The notes beneath the pieces are model-generated. The model was not told where the DNA came from. It did not search any database and saw nothing but the letters and a program-made list of their open reading frames with translations. The position numbers and the translations under genes were made by a program. A DNA stretch of 64,000 nt from Ranitomeya imitator (Eukaryota), in contig NC_091285.1 of the NCBI RefSeq assembly GCF_032444005.1, positions 135,594,001-135,658,000 of the forward strand, read 5' to 3'. Of this stretch, positions 50,791-63,225 are shown one piece after another (the first letter of the stretch is position 1; every line of letters begins with the position of its first letter).

Positions 50791-51455
50791 TGTCACGCCG
50801 TAAGCGGTGATAAAGGGGTAGGACGACGTACTGGGACCCACACCTGTCCCTACCACTATAATGGGGCCCTGGCTTTCCCTTATCTCAGGGGTACCTATGA
50901 TGGTTTGGAGACCTAAGTCGCCAGTGTATCCCTGTCTCCTGTGCAGGCCCTATCAGTGGCCTCCTCTTCCCCCAAAGGAGGTAGACTGCACCAGTGTAAT
51001 AATACAATAACAGGGTATACAGACAAGGTAACTAAAAGTCTCAAACTCACCAAATGCTCACACAACCACAGAGGGTACACATAGAAGGGAAGAGAAGGAG
51101 AAAACTAGGAAGGAAAACAGGTTTAACATGCAACCAAAACAGCAGACACCAATCTCTGTAAATAAACCTCCAACACCAACACTACGCTCCTTCAACCTCC
51201 AAGCCAGGCAGTAGAACTGATCACTGACAATAGCTGAAGTCAGGACTGGGTCTATATAGAGGATCAGATTACAAAATCCACTTCAGCTGAGAGAGACCCA
51301 GCTCTCAGCAACTCAGCAATAAGGTTAACTCCTGCACTGCTGGCACAAAGCAGCCAGGTCAGAATACAGGTGAAGAGCTTCTGTTCACTGTGTGTGAACG
51401 AGGCCCAGAGCGCTGCAGTTCTCTGGAACCTCTCTGTCACGGTAGCCCCGTGACA
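50791..51455. mobile_element. Solo LTR (665 bp) of an unrelated family
   Basis: TGTCACG...CGTGACA termini; 5-bp TSD ATATG (50786-50790, 51456-51460). Confidence 0.88.
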
Positions 51456-51931
51456 ATATGCCTCTATATCTTTTTCCTGGATTCTTGCTCAATAAGAGAA
51501 GATGCAGTAAAAATTACCAATGGACCAATGACCTATGTATCCAATGAGGACTGTTATAATTAATACATGGTTGTATATGGGTCCAATGTTAGGTGGACCT
51601 TCCTTGCTATAGATATTGTCCAATTTAATGATAATAAAATCTTTTTACAGCATTTAGCTATATGATTGTGTGTTGTTTTCACTTTGGTTATTTACCATCT
51701 GTCTCTTGCAGGTCTTAATTGATATTCATGCATATACATATATTGTTCGTCCCATTGGTTCAGACAAGAATTGGCATGTTGGTCAGATTGTGTTTAACTG
51801 CCAGCTTTGAGCCTTTGCTTACTTATTTTCAGTATGCTCTGTGCAAGTACATAATCACTATTTCTACATCCTTCAGGTTTAGATCTAAAGAACTATGATC
51901 TTATATAAATAGTACTGTGCATTTGTGTATA

Positions 51932-53030
51932 TGTTTAGCATACACAATAAATTAAGCTCACATTTAGTGCGCGTATATATACACATATTTCTTTATTTTC
52001 TGTTTTTGTTTATGTCGGGTTCAATTTTGACCCCTGGTGTTGAGGAATTACATACGTGCGTACGTGTGTATGTGTGTGAGGGGGGCCCCCTCTTTGTTTG
52101 TGGGCACATTCGTGCGTTGCGTTTGGTGCGGCTGTTTGTGTGTGGGGCTTGTGCTGCTGGGTATGGATGCTGCGCAATTGTGCGCTTGCGTTGCATGCCT
52201 CATGACAACACTCTATCCTGGTACCTGGCTCTATTGTGCGCAGTTGCAGACTGAGATTTTTGGCGCATGCGCAGTTGGTTCCAAAAATAACTTTATTGAT
52301 ACTGACAACTTGCCATACCTAACAAGATGGCTGAAATCCACACTCTCTTTGCACAGCTCACCATGTCTCTGGTTAGTACGATCTCAGATGCTTCATATTA
52401 TTAGTTAGCGATGGGTTATATATAGTGCACTTGTTGGACACAGTGCATGTGAATTTTCTACCTGAAGAAGCCACAGTTTTGGTGGCGATACGCGTGAGGT
52501 GCGTACCCGCTACTACCCTCTGCTCCCATGGCTCTCTATTGGATATTTCGATGCCCCATTTGTGGGATTTGAGCTCTGGCCTTCCTTTTCCTTACCTTTT
52601 GTGGATGACAGGTTCTGTATATTAACTGATATCTATAGATACTTGATGTGTTATTATTGTTCACATCATTAGGTTTATTAATTCATATAGGGTTTTTGTG
52701 ATTTTTCATCTGACCTGTCGCATATTTACATGTGCAAGTGTGCACGCATATGCACAGGCATATATAGGAAACATTTTCCTCCTTTTTTCCACCACATACC
52801 GGTAATCAATATGGCACTGTGAATAGATAGGTCAGCTCATTGACAGACATTTATGGTTTAGTCTTTGAATGGTATTAATATACTTGTCTTTTGAGCCTAT
52901 GTTTACGATATTGAGCATGTTTGGGTAGTTACGGGGAAGCATATGTTCCTTATTATTGGACATGGCCTTTGGATGTTTCACGACTGTTTTTAAATTATTT
53001 TAATTGTTATTGTGTCCTAAGTGTAATGAC
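51932..53030 (+). repeat. Right arm of the second inverted PLE pair, cut by the hAT insertion
   Basis: Homology to the left arm stops exactly at the hAT TIR (53031). Confidence 0.88.
52459..52500 (+). ncRNA. PLE-type hammerhead-like motif, GAUA variant
   Basis: CTGAAGA-A-GCCAC-AGTTTTG-GTGGC-GATA-CGCGT-GAGG: 5-bp stem II, palindromic ACGCGT stem III, non-NUH triplet. Confidence 0.45.
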
Positions 53031-54225
53031 TAGAGTTGAGCGACCTTGACCTTTTTAGAGTCGAGCCGGGTTTTGCGAAACCCGACTATGTCCAAAGTCG
53101 GGTCGAGTGAAATCGGCCGATTATGACGTAAAGTCGGGATCGACCGAAACACGAAACCCAATGCAAGTCAATGGGGCAGCATAGTCGGCAGTGAGTGGGG
53201 GCCAGGAAAACACCTAGAGTACCCATTTTAATGTCAAAACCATCCATTCTTCTTAATGAAGCTTGTCAAGCGTAATTTACCTTATAATAATTGGAAGGCA
53301 TTTGAAATTGGGGGTCATTTGGCTAAAGTTGTGGGGGGTAGGGCTGGTTCAAGTAATTAGTGGGCCCAGGAAATCTGGACCACGTCACGGCAGTGGAGCA
53401 GGGAGAGGTAAGTATTTCAACTTTGCAAGTGCTGTGAACCTGAGCAAGCAGGGGGGGCCCACTCGTTGGCATTGGCACTGGCACAGGGCCCCTCAAAGTA
53501 CAGCGGTGTGTTTGCACGGCGGGGGCGCCTCCCACCGGCAGCAACACTTTTGCGTACTATGAGAGGCCCTGTGCCAGTGACGTCGCCAACTAGTATTCCT
53601 CCCCCCACCTGATGAAGGAACCTGCACTTTCATCTGCACCTTCCTCTTTGTCCCCGTGTAAGGTGGTATGGTATGCGGGAAGAGCAACCTGACTTTCAGC
53701 AGGGTCACAATGTTGTTGTGTAGCGTGCACGGGGAATGTTGCGTTATGGGGCAATGTACCAGCAGACTCATCTATCACTGGCTGGGCAATGGGCACGATG
53801 AAGTGGAAACACAGATATAGGCCCAAAGAAGAAAGTGGGCTAAATGCAGTTCAAAATTGGTAACACAGGAATAACCAGGGGGGCATTGCAGTGGAGGACA
53901 ACTGGAATGAGAGGCTGACACAGAGAGTAGGGCCAAATCAGTAAGTAGTCGAAATGCAGTTCAAAATTGGCAACCGTAGTAAACAGGCGGCACAGCTTTG
54001 TTCAGTGGAGGAGAACAGCAAGGAGTGGCAGACACCGATAGTAGGCCCCAACCCAACTAGTAGGCCAAATGCAGTCTAACATTAACAACTACTTAACGAG
54101 AGGCTGAAAATGGAATTTCAGGACAGGAAACCAGGAGAACAGCAAGGAGTGGCAGACACCGATAGTAGGCCCCAAACCAACTAGTACGCCAAATGCAGTT
54201 GTTCCATTTAACCACAATTTAATGA

Positions 54226-55965
54226 GAGCCTGAAGATCGAAGTTCAGGAAAGGCAACCTGGGGAACACCTTGGAGTGTAACACACCATCTCTCTCCACCC
54301 CATACCCATTTTTTAGGCCTAATGCAGTGTACTTTTCTACAACTACTAAACGAGAGTCGGAAGACCGAAGCAATGGCAAGGAAACCTGGGGAACACCTTG
54401 GAGTGTAACACACCATCTCTCTCCACCCCATTCCCCATTTTTTAGGCCTAATGCAGCCTACTTTCCGACACCTACTAAACGAGAGCATGAAGATCGAAGC
54501 TCAGGAAAGGCAACCTGGGGAACACCTTGGAGTGTAACACACCATCTCTCTCCACCCCATACCCATTTTGTAGGCCTAATGCTGTGTACTTTTCTACAAC
54601 TACTAAACGAGAGTCGGAAGACCGAAGCAATGGCAAGGAAACCTGGGGAACACCTTGGAGTGTAACACACCATCTCTCTCCACCCCATACCCAATTTGTA
54701 GGCCTAATGCAGCCTACTTTCCGACACCTACTAAACGAGAGCATGAAGATCGAAGCTCAGGAAAGGCAACCTGGGGAACACCTTGGAGTGTAACACACCA
54801 TCTCTCTCCACCCCATACCCAATTTGTAGGCCTAATGCAGCCTACTTTCCGACACCTACTAAACGAGAGCATGAAGATCGAAGCTCAGGAAAGGCAACCT
54901 GGGGAACACCTTGGAGTGTAACACACCATCTCTCTCCACCCCATACCCATTTTTTAGGCCTAATGCAGTGTACTTTTCTACAACTACTAAACGAGAGTCG
55001 GAAGACCGAAGCAATGGCAAGGAAACCTGGGGAACACCTTGGAGTGTAACACACCATCTCTCTCCACCCCATTCCCCATTTTTTAGGCCTAATGCAGCCT
55101 ACTTTCCGACACCTACTAAACGAGAGCATGAAGATCGAAGCTCAGGAAAGGCAACCTGGGGAACACCTTGGAGTGTAACACACCATCTCTCTCCACCCCA
55201 TACCCATTTTGTAGGCCTAATGCTGTGTACTTTTCTACAACTACTAAACGAGAGTCGGAAGACCGAAGCAATGGCAAGGAAACCTGGGGAACACCTTGGA
55301 GTGTAACACACCATCTCTCTCCACCCCATACCCATTTTGTAGGCCTAATGCTGTGTACTTTTCTACAACTACTAAACGAGAGTCGGAAGACCGAAGCAAT
55401 GGCAAGGAAACCTGGGGAACACCTTGGAGTGTAACACACCATCTCTCTCCACCCCATACCCAATTTGTAGGCCTAATGCAGTGTACTTTTCTACAACTAC
55501 TAAACGAGAGTCGGAAGACCGAAGCAATGGCAAGGAAACCTGAGGAACACCTTGGAGTGTAACACACCATCTCTCTCCACCCCATTCCCCATTTTTTAGG
55601 CCTAATGCAGCCTACTTTCCGACACCTACTAAACGAGAGCATGAAGATCGAAGCTCAGGAAAGGCAACCTGGGGAACACCTTGGAGTGTAACACACCATC
55701 TCTCTCCACCCCATACCCATTTTGTAGGCCTAATGCAGCGTACTATTCTACAACTACTAAACGAGAGCATGAAGATCGAAGCTCAGGAAAGGCAACCTGG
55801 TGAAAACCTTGGAGTGTAACACAACCTGTCTCTACACCCCATACCAAATTTGTAGGCCTAATGCAGCGTAGTTTCCACCAACTACTAAACGAGAGCCGGA
55901 AGATCGAAGCTCATGAAAGGCAACCCGGGGAACACCTTGGAGTGTAACACAACCTCTCTCTACAC
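54226..55965 (+). repeat. 128/129-bp tandem array (about 14 units, two main variants, 641-bp higher-order repeat)
   Basis: GGAGTGTAACAC recurs every 128-129 bp; identical 131-aa ORFs at 54270 and 54911 mark the higher-order repeat. Confidence 0.95.
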
Positions 55966-57815
55966 CACGAAAGGGCTGATTCTTAGGAAGGAAGGCTGTT
56001 GTAAATAAGCATTGCGCGTCCGAGGGTGATTATATTCTTATTCGGTATCTACTCACCCTCGGACGCGCCATGCTTCTTGATTTGTAATTAATGTTTATTT
56101 GCAATGTGCTTTTGACTTACTCAATTATTTTTTTAATTATTGATTTTATTAAATTAATAGTTTAACATCTTATTGGAAATAATTTAAAGGAGACGCGACA
56201 GGACAACACTCGGTGGATGCCATATCTGTGTTAACAACTCCAAAAAACTTTCAGTTAACTTCTTGCAGGAGAAAGAAATTGTAGCTGTTGGACCTTTGTA
56301 GTACAGTTCCATATATTTGTTGTGTGTTTGTTTTGATTGTTAAAATGTCTGCATTTGAGATCTCAACACGATCTTATTTTTTATAATCAAATTAATTTTT
56401 TAAATATTTTATTAGGTTGGTTCAAGGGGTACACGGGCCGCAGTAGACAGGTCAGTGGAGGCCTAGTGGAAGGAGGGACCGCAGATGCGCCACTGTTTCA
56501 CCCATACACAATTAGTAGGCCTAATGCAGCGTAGTTTCCAACAGCTACTAAACGAGAGCCGGAAGATCGAAGCTCAGGAAAGGCAACCTGGGGAACACCT
56601 TGGAGTGTAACACAACCTCTCTCTACACCACGGAAGGGCTGATTCTTAGGAAGGAAGGCTGTTTTAAATAAGCATTGCGCGTCCGAGGGTGATTATATTC
56701 TTATTCGGTATCTACTCACCCTCGGACGCGCCATGCTTCTTGATTTGTAATTAATGTTTATTTGCAATGTGCTTTTGACTTACTCAATTATTTTTTTAAT
56801 TATTGATTTTATTAAATTAATAGTTTAACATCTTATTGGAAATAATTTAAAGGAGACGCGACAGGACAACACTCGGTGGATGCCATATCTGTGTTAACAA
56901 CTCCAAAAAACTTTCAGTTAACTTCTTGCAGGAGAAAGAAATTGTAGCTGTTGGACCTTTGTAGTACAGTTCCATATATTTGTTGTGTGTTTGTTTTGAT
57001 TGTTAAAATGTCTGCATTTGAGATCTCAACACGATCTTATTTTTTATAATCAAATTAATTTTTTAAATATTTTATTAGGTTGGTTCAAGGGGTACACGGG
57101 CCGCAGTAGACAGGTCAGTGGAGGCCTAGTGGAAGGAGGGACCGCAGATGCGCCACTGTTTCACCCATACACAATTAGTAGGCCTAATGCAGCGTAGTTT
57201 CCAACAGCTACTAAACGAGAGCCGGAAGATCGAAGCTCAGGAAAGGCAACCTGGGGAACACCTTGGAGTGTAACACAACCTCTCTCTACACCACGGAAGG
57301 GCTGATTCTTAGGAAGGAAGGCTGTTTTAAATAAGCATTGCGCGTCCGAGGGTGATTATATTCTTATTCGGTATCTACTCACCCTCGGACGCGCCATGCT
57401 TCTTGATTTGTAATTAATGTTTATTTGCAATGTGCTTTTGACTTACTCAATTATTTTTTTAATTATTGATTTTATTAAATTAATAGTTTAACATCTTATT
57501 GGAAATAATTTAAAGGAGACGCGACAGGACAACACTCGGTGGATGCCATATCTGTGTTAACAACTCCAAAAAACTTTCAGTTAACTTCTTGCAGGAGAAA
57601 GAAATTGTAGCTGTTGGACCTTTGTAGTACAGTTCCAGATATTTGTTGTGTGTTTGTTTTGATTGTTAAAATGTCTGCATTTGAGATCTCAACACGAACT
57701 TATTTTTTATAATCAAATTAATTTTTTTTATATTTAATGATGTTGGTTCAAGGGGTACACAGGCAGCAATAGACAGGTCAGTGGAGGCCTAGTGGAAGGA
57801 GTGACGGCAGACAGG
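55850..57815 (+). repeat. 663-bp tandem array (3 units)
   Basis: Identical 65-aa ORFs at 56337 and 57000; third copy from about 57178. Confidence 0.95.
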
Positions 57816-57819
57816 CATC

Positions 57820-59185
57820 AAAGGCCTAACATTGGGCTGGCTGTAGGCAAGTTAAAATTGGTTCCAGGGGAACACGGCCATCAGTGGCCTGGTCAGTGTA
57901 GTTGTAGTTGAAAGAACGGGACGCAGACAGGCTTCGAAGGCCTAACATAATAACATAGGGCTGGCTGTAGGCAAGTTAAAATTGGTTCCAGGGGAACACG
58001 GCCATCAGTGGCCTGGTCAGTGTAGTTGTAGTTGAAAGAACGGGACGCAGACAGGCTTCGAAGGCCTAACATAACAAACTTGGGCTGGCTGTAGGCACTT
58101 TTAAATTGGTTCCAGGGGTACACGGGCAGCAGTGGTCTGGTCTGTGGAAGTCTAGTGGAAGGAGTGACCGCAGACAGGCTTCGAAGGCCTAACATAACAA
58201 ACTTGGGCTGGCTGTAGGCACTTTTAAATTGGTTCCAGGGGTACACGGGCAGCAGTGGTCTGGTCAGTGGAAGTCTAGTGGAAGGAGTGACCGCAGACAG
58301 GCTTCCAAGGCCTAACATAACAAACTTGGGCTGGCTGTAGGCACTTTTAAATTGGTTCCAGGGGTACACGGGCAGCAGTGGTCTGGTCAGTGGAAGTCTA
58401 GTGGAAGGAGTGACCGCAGACAGGCTTCCAAGGCCTAACATAACAAACTTGGGCTGGCTGTAGGCACTTTTAAATTGGTTCCAGGGGTACACGGGCAGCA
58501 GTGGTCTGGTCTGTGGAAGTCTAGTGGAAGGAGTGACCGCAGACAGGCTTCGAAGGCCTAACATAACAAACTTGGGCTGGCTGTAGGCACTTTTAAATTG
58601 GTTCCAGGGGTACACGGGCAGCAGTGGTCTGGTCAGTGGAAGTCTAGTGGAAGGAGTGACCGCAGACAGGCTTCCAAGGCCTAACATAACAAACTTGGGC
58701 TGGCTGTAGGCACTTTTAAATTGGTTCCAGGGGTACATGGGCAGCAGTGGTCTGGTCAGTGGAAGTCTAGTGGAAGGAGTGACCGCAGACAGGCTTCCAA
58801 GGCCTAACATAACAAACTTGGGCTGGCTGTAGGCACTTTTAAATTGGTTCCAGGGGTACACGGGCAGCAGTGGTCTGGTCTGTGGAAGTCTAGTGGAAGG
58901 AGTGACCGTAGACAGGCTTCGAAGGCCTAACATAACAAACTTGGGCTGGCTGTAGGCACTTTTAAATTGGTTCCAGGGGTACACGGGCAGCAGTGGTCTG
59001 GTCAGTGGAAGTCTAGTGGAAGGAGTGACGGCAGACAGTCTTCGAAGGCCTAACATAACAAAATTGGGCTGACTGTAGGCACTTTTAAATTGGTTCCAGG
59101 GTAACACGGCCAGCAGTGGCCTGGTCAGTGTAGTAGTTGTAGAAAGAAGGGACCGCAGACAGGCTTCGAAGGCCTAACATAACAA
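57820..59185 (+). repeat. 123-bp tandem array (about 11 units)
   Basis: GGAAGTCTAGTGGAAG at 58146, 58269, 58392, 58515, 58638, 58761, 58884 and 59007; a 41-aa repeat in the minus-strand frame. Confidence 0.95.
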
Positions 59186-59646
59186 AAATGTCAAAACAAT
59201 GGTATTGTCAGTGCCAGGCATTGAAGGATGTCAGCGCCTAGACTACACATTGGTGAAGCTGTGAGAGATAATTTTGCTAGTGGTAGAGCACTGTTTGAGC
59301 TGGGGGGGGGAACTGTCTTGTGGCCGGCGGTACAGGCACAGGGCCCCTCATATTACAACGGTGTGTCTGACGTTGGGTGCGCACCACCACCGCCAGAGAC
59401 ACTTTATTGTACTATGAGGGACCCAGTGGCAGTGCCGTCGACCAAAAGCGGCCACACCCACCTCTTCAGACAAACAGCACTCTCAAGGGTCCAAGCGCAA
59501 AGTGGCGATAGCACGGCCCCGTGTGGGGAGTTTGGCCATTTCGTGAGGTGGAAACATGTCGTATGCTGGACAATCAGGTGAAGAAAATTACGAGATTGGA
59601 AAAGTCATTCAGAATAGTCCACAGGCAAGACCTTTTCATAGGAAAG

Positions 59647-62600
59647 CTAGGTGTCAGCCGGGCAGGGTGGGGCAAAAGATTTTGAAATCCAGTTGTGGTT
59701 CATTTTAATGAAGGTTAGATCATCTACATTTTGGGTAGCCAGACGAGTCCTTTTTTCTGTTAGTATTGAACCTGCAGCACTGAATACTCTTTCTGATAGG
59801 ACACTAGCTGCCGGGCAAGCAAGCTCCTGCAATGCATATTCTGCCAATTCTGGCCAGGTGTCTAATTTGGATGCCCAGTAATCAAATGGGAATGACGGTT
59901 GAGGGAGAATGTCGATAAGGGATGAAAAATAGTTTGTAACCATACTGGACAAATGTTGTCTCCTGTCACTTTGAATTGATGCTGCAGTACCTGTCCTGTC
60001 TGCGGTCATAGAAAAATCACTCCACAACCTGGTCAGAAAACCCCTCTGGCCAACGCCACTTCTGATTTCTGCCCCTCTAACACCTCTGGTCTGCTGGCCC
60101 CTGGAGCTCGTGTGAGAACGATCACGGGCGCTGTGTGCAGGGAATGCCAGAAGCAAACGGTCAACAAGAGTTGATTGTTTTGTTGCTAATATTAGTTCCA
60201 AGTTCTCATGTGGCATAATATTTTGCAATTTGCCTTTATAGCGAGGATCAAGGAGGCAGGCCAACCAGTAATCGTCATCGTTCATCATTTTTGTAATGCG
60301 TGTGTCCCTTTTGAGGATACGCAAGGCATAATCCGCCATGTGGGCCAAAGTTCCCGTTGTCAAATCTGCGGTTGTGCTTGGTTGAGGGGCAGTTGCAGGC
60401 AAATCTACGTCACTTGTGTCCCTCAAAAAACCAGAACCCGGCCTTGCCACGCCACCAATTTCCCGTGCCCCCGGGAAAGCTTCCTCATTAAAAATATACT
60501 CATCCCCATCATCCTCCTCATCCTCCACCTCCTCTTCGCCCGGTACCTCGTCATGTACACTGCCCTGACCAGACAATCGCTGACTGTCATCAAGGCTTTC
60601 CTCTTCCTCTGGTGCAGACGCCTGATCCTTTATGTGCGTCAAACTTTGCATCAGCAGACGCATTAGGGGGATGCTCATGCTTATTATGGCGTTGTCTGCA
60701 CTAACCAGCCGTGTGCATTCCTCAAAACACTGAAGGACTTGACACATGTCTTGAATCTTCGACCACTGCACACCTGACAACTCCATGTCTGCCATCCTAC
60801 TGCCTGCCCGTGTATGTGTATCCTCCCACAAAAACATAACAGCCCGCCTCTGTTCGCACAGTCTCTGAAGCATGTGCAGTGTTGAGTTCCACCTTGTTGC
60901 AACGTCTATGATTAGGCGATGCTGGGGAAGGTTCAAAGAACGCTGATAGGTCTGCATACGGCTGGAGTGTACAGGCGAACGGCGGATATGTGCGCAAAGT
61001 CCACGCACTTTGAGGAGCAGGTCGGATAACCCCGGATAACTTTTCAGGAAGCACTGCACCACCAGGTTTAAGGTGTGAGCCAGGCAAGGAATGTGTTTCA
61101 GTTGGGAAAGGGAGATGGCAGCCATGAAATTCCTTCCGTTATCACTCACTACCTTGCCTGCCTCAAGATCTACAGTGCCCAGCCACGACTGCGTTTCTTG
61201 CTGCAAGAACTCGGACAGAACTTCCGCGGTGTGTCTATTGTCGCCCAAACACTTCATAGCCAATACAGCCTGCTGACGTATGCCAGTAGCTGCCCCATAA
61301 TGGGAGACCTGGTGTGCAACAGTGGCAGGTGCGGATGGAGTGTTTGTGCGACTGCGGTCTGTGGACGAGCTCTTGCTTCTGCAGGAGGACGAGGAGGAGG
61401 AGGAGGAGGAGGGGGTGCGAACGGCTACAGACAACTGTTTACTAGACCGTGGGCTAGGCAGAACTGTCCCAAACTTGCTGTCCCCTGTGGACCCTGAATC
61501 CACCACATTTACCCAGTGTGCCGTGATGGACACGTAACGTCCCTGGCCATGCCTACTGGTCCATGCATCTGTTGTCAGGTGCACCTTTGTGCTCACAGAT
61601 TGCCTGAGTGCATGGACGATGCGCTCTTTAACATGCTGGTGGAGGGCTGGGATGGCTTTTCTGGAAAAAAAGTGTCGACTGGGTAGCTCGTAGCGTGGTA
61701 CAGCGTAGTCCATCAGGTCTTTGAAAGCTTCGCTTTCAACTAACCGGTAGGGCATCATCTCTAACGAGATTAGTCTAGCTATGTGGGCGTTCAAACCCTG
61801 TGTACGCGGATGCGAGGCTAAGTATTTCCTTTTTCTAACCATAGTCTCATGTAGGGTGAGCTGGACTGGAGAGCTGGAGATCGTGGAACTAGCGGGGGTG
61901 CCGGTGGACATGGCAGACTGAGAGACGGTGGGAGATGGTATTGTTGCCGCCGGTGCCCTAGATGCAGTGTTTCCTACTACGAAACTGGTGATTCCCTGAC
62001 CCTGACTGCTTTGGCCTGGCAAAGATACCTGCACAGATACAGCAGGTGGTGCGCTAAATGGTGGTCCTACACTGCCGGAAGGGATGTTGCGTTGATGACT
62101 AGCTTCATTGGCCGAGGGTGCAACAACCTTAAGGGACGTTTGGTAGTTAGTCCAAGCTTTCAAATGCATGGTGGTTAAATGTCTATGCATGCAACTAGTA
62201 TTGAGACTTTTCAGATTCTGACCTCTGCTTAAGGAAGTAGAACATTTTTGACAGATGACTTTGCGCTGATCAATTGGATGTTGTTTAAAAAAATGCCAGA
62301 CTGCACTCTTTCTAGCATCGGATACCTTTTCAGGCATTGCAGACTGAGCTTTAACCGGATGGCCACGCTGTCCTCCACCAGGTTTTGGCTTTGCCACGCG
62401 TTTTGGGCAAGATACGGGCCCGGCAGATGGAACCTGTGGCGATGTTGATGCCTGCTGCGGCCCCTCCTCCTCCTCTGCTTCAGAACTGCTGCCGCCTGCA
62501 CCCTGTTCCCCCAATGGCTGCCAATCGGGGTCAAGAACTGGGTCATCTAATAACTCTTCTTGTACCTCCTGCGCAACTTCGTCTGTGTCACCGTGTCGTT

Positions 62601-63225
62601 CGGTGGTATAGCGTTCGTGATGGGGCAACATAGTCTCATCAGGGTCTGATTCTTGATCAGCACCCTGCGAGGGCAATGTTGTGGTCTGAGTCAAAGGACC
62701 AGCATAGTAGTCTGGCTGTGGCTGTGCGTCAGTGCACTCCTTGTCAGATTCAATTTGTAATGGGCATGGACTGTTAACTGCTTCACTTTCTAAGCCAGGG
62801 ACGGTATGTGTAAAGAGCTCCATGGAGTAACCCGTTGTGTCGCCTGCTGCATTCTTCTCTGTTGTTGTTTTTGCTGAAGAGGACAAGGAAGTGACTTGTC
62901 CCTGACCGTGAACATCCACTAACGACGCGCTGCTTTTACTTTTACCAGTTTCACGAGAGGAGGCAAAAGAGCTAGAGGCTGAGTCAGCAAGATAAGCCAA
63001 AACTTGCTCTTGCTGCTCCGGCTTTAAAAGCGGTTTTCCTAATCCCAGAAAAGGGAGCGTTCGAGGCCTTGTGTAGCCGGACGACGAACCTGGCTCCACA
63101 GCTCCAGACTTAGGTGCAATATTTTTTTCCCCACGACCACCTGATGCTCCACCACTACCACTACCCTCATTACCAGCTGACAATGAACGCCCCCGGCCAC
63201 GACCTCTTCCACTAGACTTCCTCAT
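59647..63225 (-). CDS. hAT transposase (ZBED1/ZBED4-like, Ac group), 1192 aa, uninterrupted
   Basis: BED finger VWHFF...CQKC...MHRHLTTMH; catalytic blocks LTTDAWTS, VVSDNGRN, CLAHTLNL, TRWNST; hATC dimerisation ASVLSERVFSAAG. Confidence 0.95.
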   Translation of the reverse strand: MRKSSGRGRGRGRSLSAGNEGSGSGGASGGRGEKNIAPKSGAVEPGSSSGYTRPRTLPFLGLGKPLLKPEQQEQVLAYLADSASSSFASSRETGKSKSSASLVDVHGQGQVTSLSSSAKTTTEKNAAGDTTGYSMELFTHTVPGLESEAVNSPCPLQIESDKECTDAQPQPDYYAGPLTQTTTLPSQGADQESDPDETMLPHHERYTTERHGDTDEVAQEVQEELLDDPVLDPDWQPLGEQGAGGSSSEAEEEEGPQQASTSPQVPSAGPVSCPKRVAKPKPGGGQRGHPVKAQSAMPEKVSDARKSAVWHFFKQHPIDQRKVICQKCSTSLSRGQNLKSLNTSCMHRHLTTMHLKAWTNYQTSLKVVAPSANEASHQRNIPSGSVGPPFSAPPAVSVQVSLPGQSSQGQGITSFVVGNTASRAPAATIPSPTVSQSAMSTGTPASSTISSSPVQLTLHETMVRKRKYLASHPRTQGLNAHIARLISLEMMPYRLVESEAFKDLMDYAVPRYELPSRHFFSRKAIPALHQHVKERIVHALRQSVSTKVHLTTDAWTSRHGQGRYVSITAHWVNVVDSGSTGDSKFGTVLPSPRSSKQLSVAVRTPSSSSSSSSSCRSKSSSTDRSRTNTPSAPATVAHQVSHYGAATGIRQQAVLAMKCLGDNRHTAEVLSEFLQQETQSWLGTVDLEAGKVVSDNGRNFMAAISLSQLKHIPCLAHTLNLVVQCFLKSYPGLSDLLLKVRGLCAHIRRSPVHSSRMQTYQRSLNLPQHRLIIDVATRWNSTLHMLQRLCEQRRAVMFLWEDTHTRAGSRMADMELSGVQWSKIQDMCQVLQCFEECTRLVSADNAIISMSIPLMRLLMQSLTHIKDQASAPEEEESLDDSQRLSGQGSVHDEVPGEEEVEDEEDDGDEYIFNEEAFPGAREIGGVARPGSGFLRDTSDVDLPATAPQPSTTADLTTGTLAHMADYALRILKRDTRITKMMNDDDYWLACLLDPRYKGKLQNIMPHENLELILATKQSTLVDRLLLAFPAHSARDRSHTSSRGQQTRGVRGAEIRSGVGQRGFLTRLWSDFSMTADRTGTAASIQSDRRQHLSSMVTNYFSSLIDILPQPSFPFDYWASKLDTWPELAEYALQELACPAASVLSERVFSAAGSILTEKRTRLATQNVDDLTFIKMNHNWISKSFAPPCPADT

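Noticed and set aside
54226-55965. Regularly spaced repeats resembling a CRISPR array
   Set aside because: Whole units are repeated with no unique spacers, there are no cas genes, and the context is a eukaryotic transposon.
57893-59107. 404-aa repetitive ORF downstream of the transposase
   Set aside because: It is the 123-bp array (41 codons) read in a frame without stops; no domain, and it ends when the array ends.
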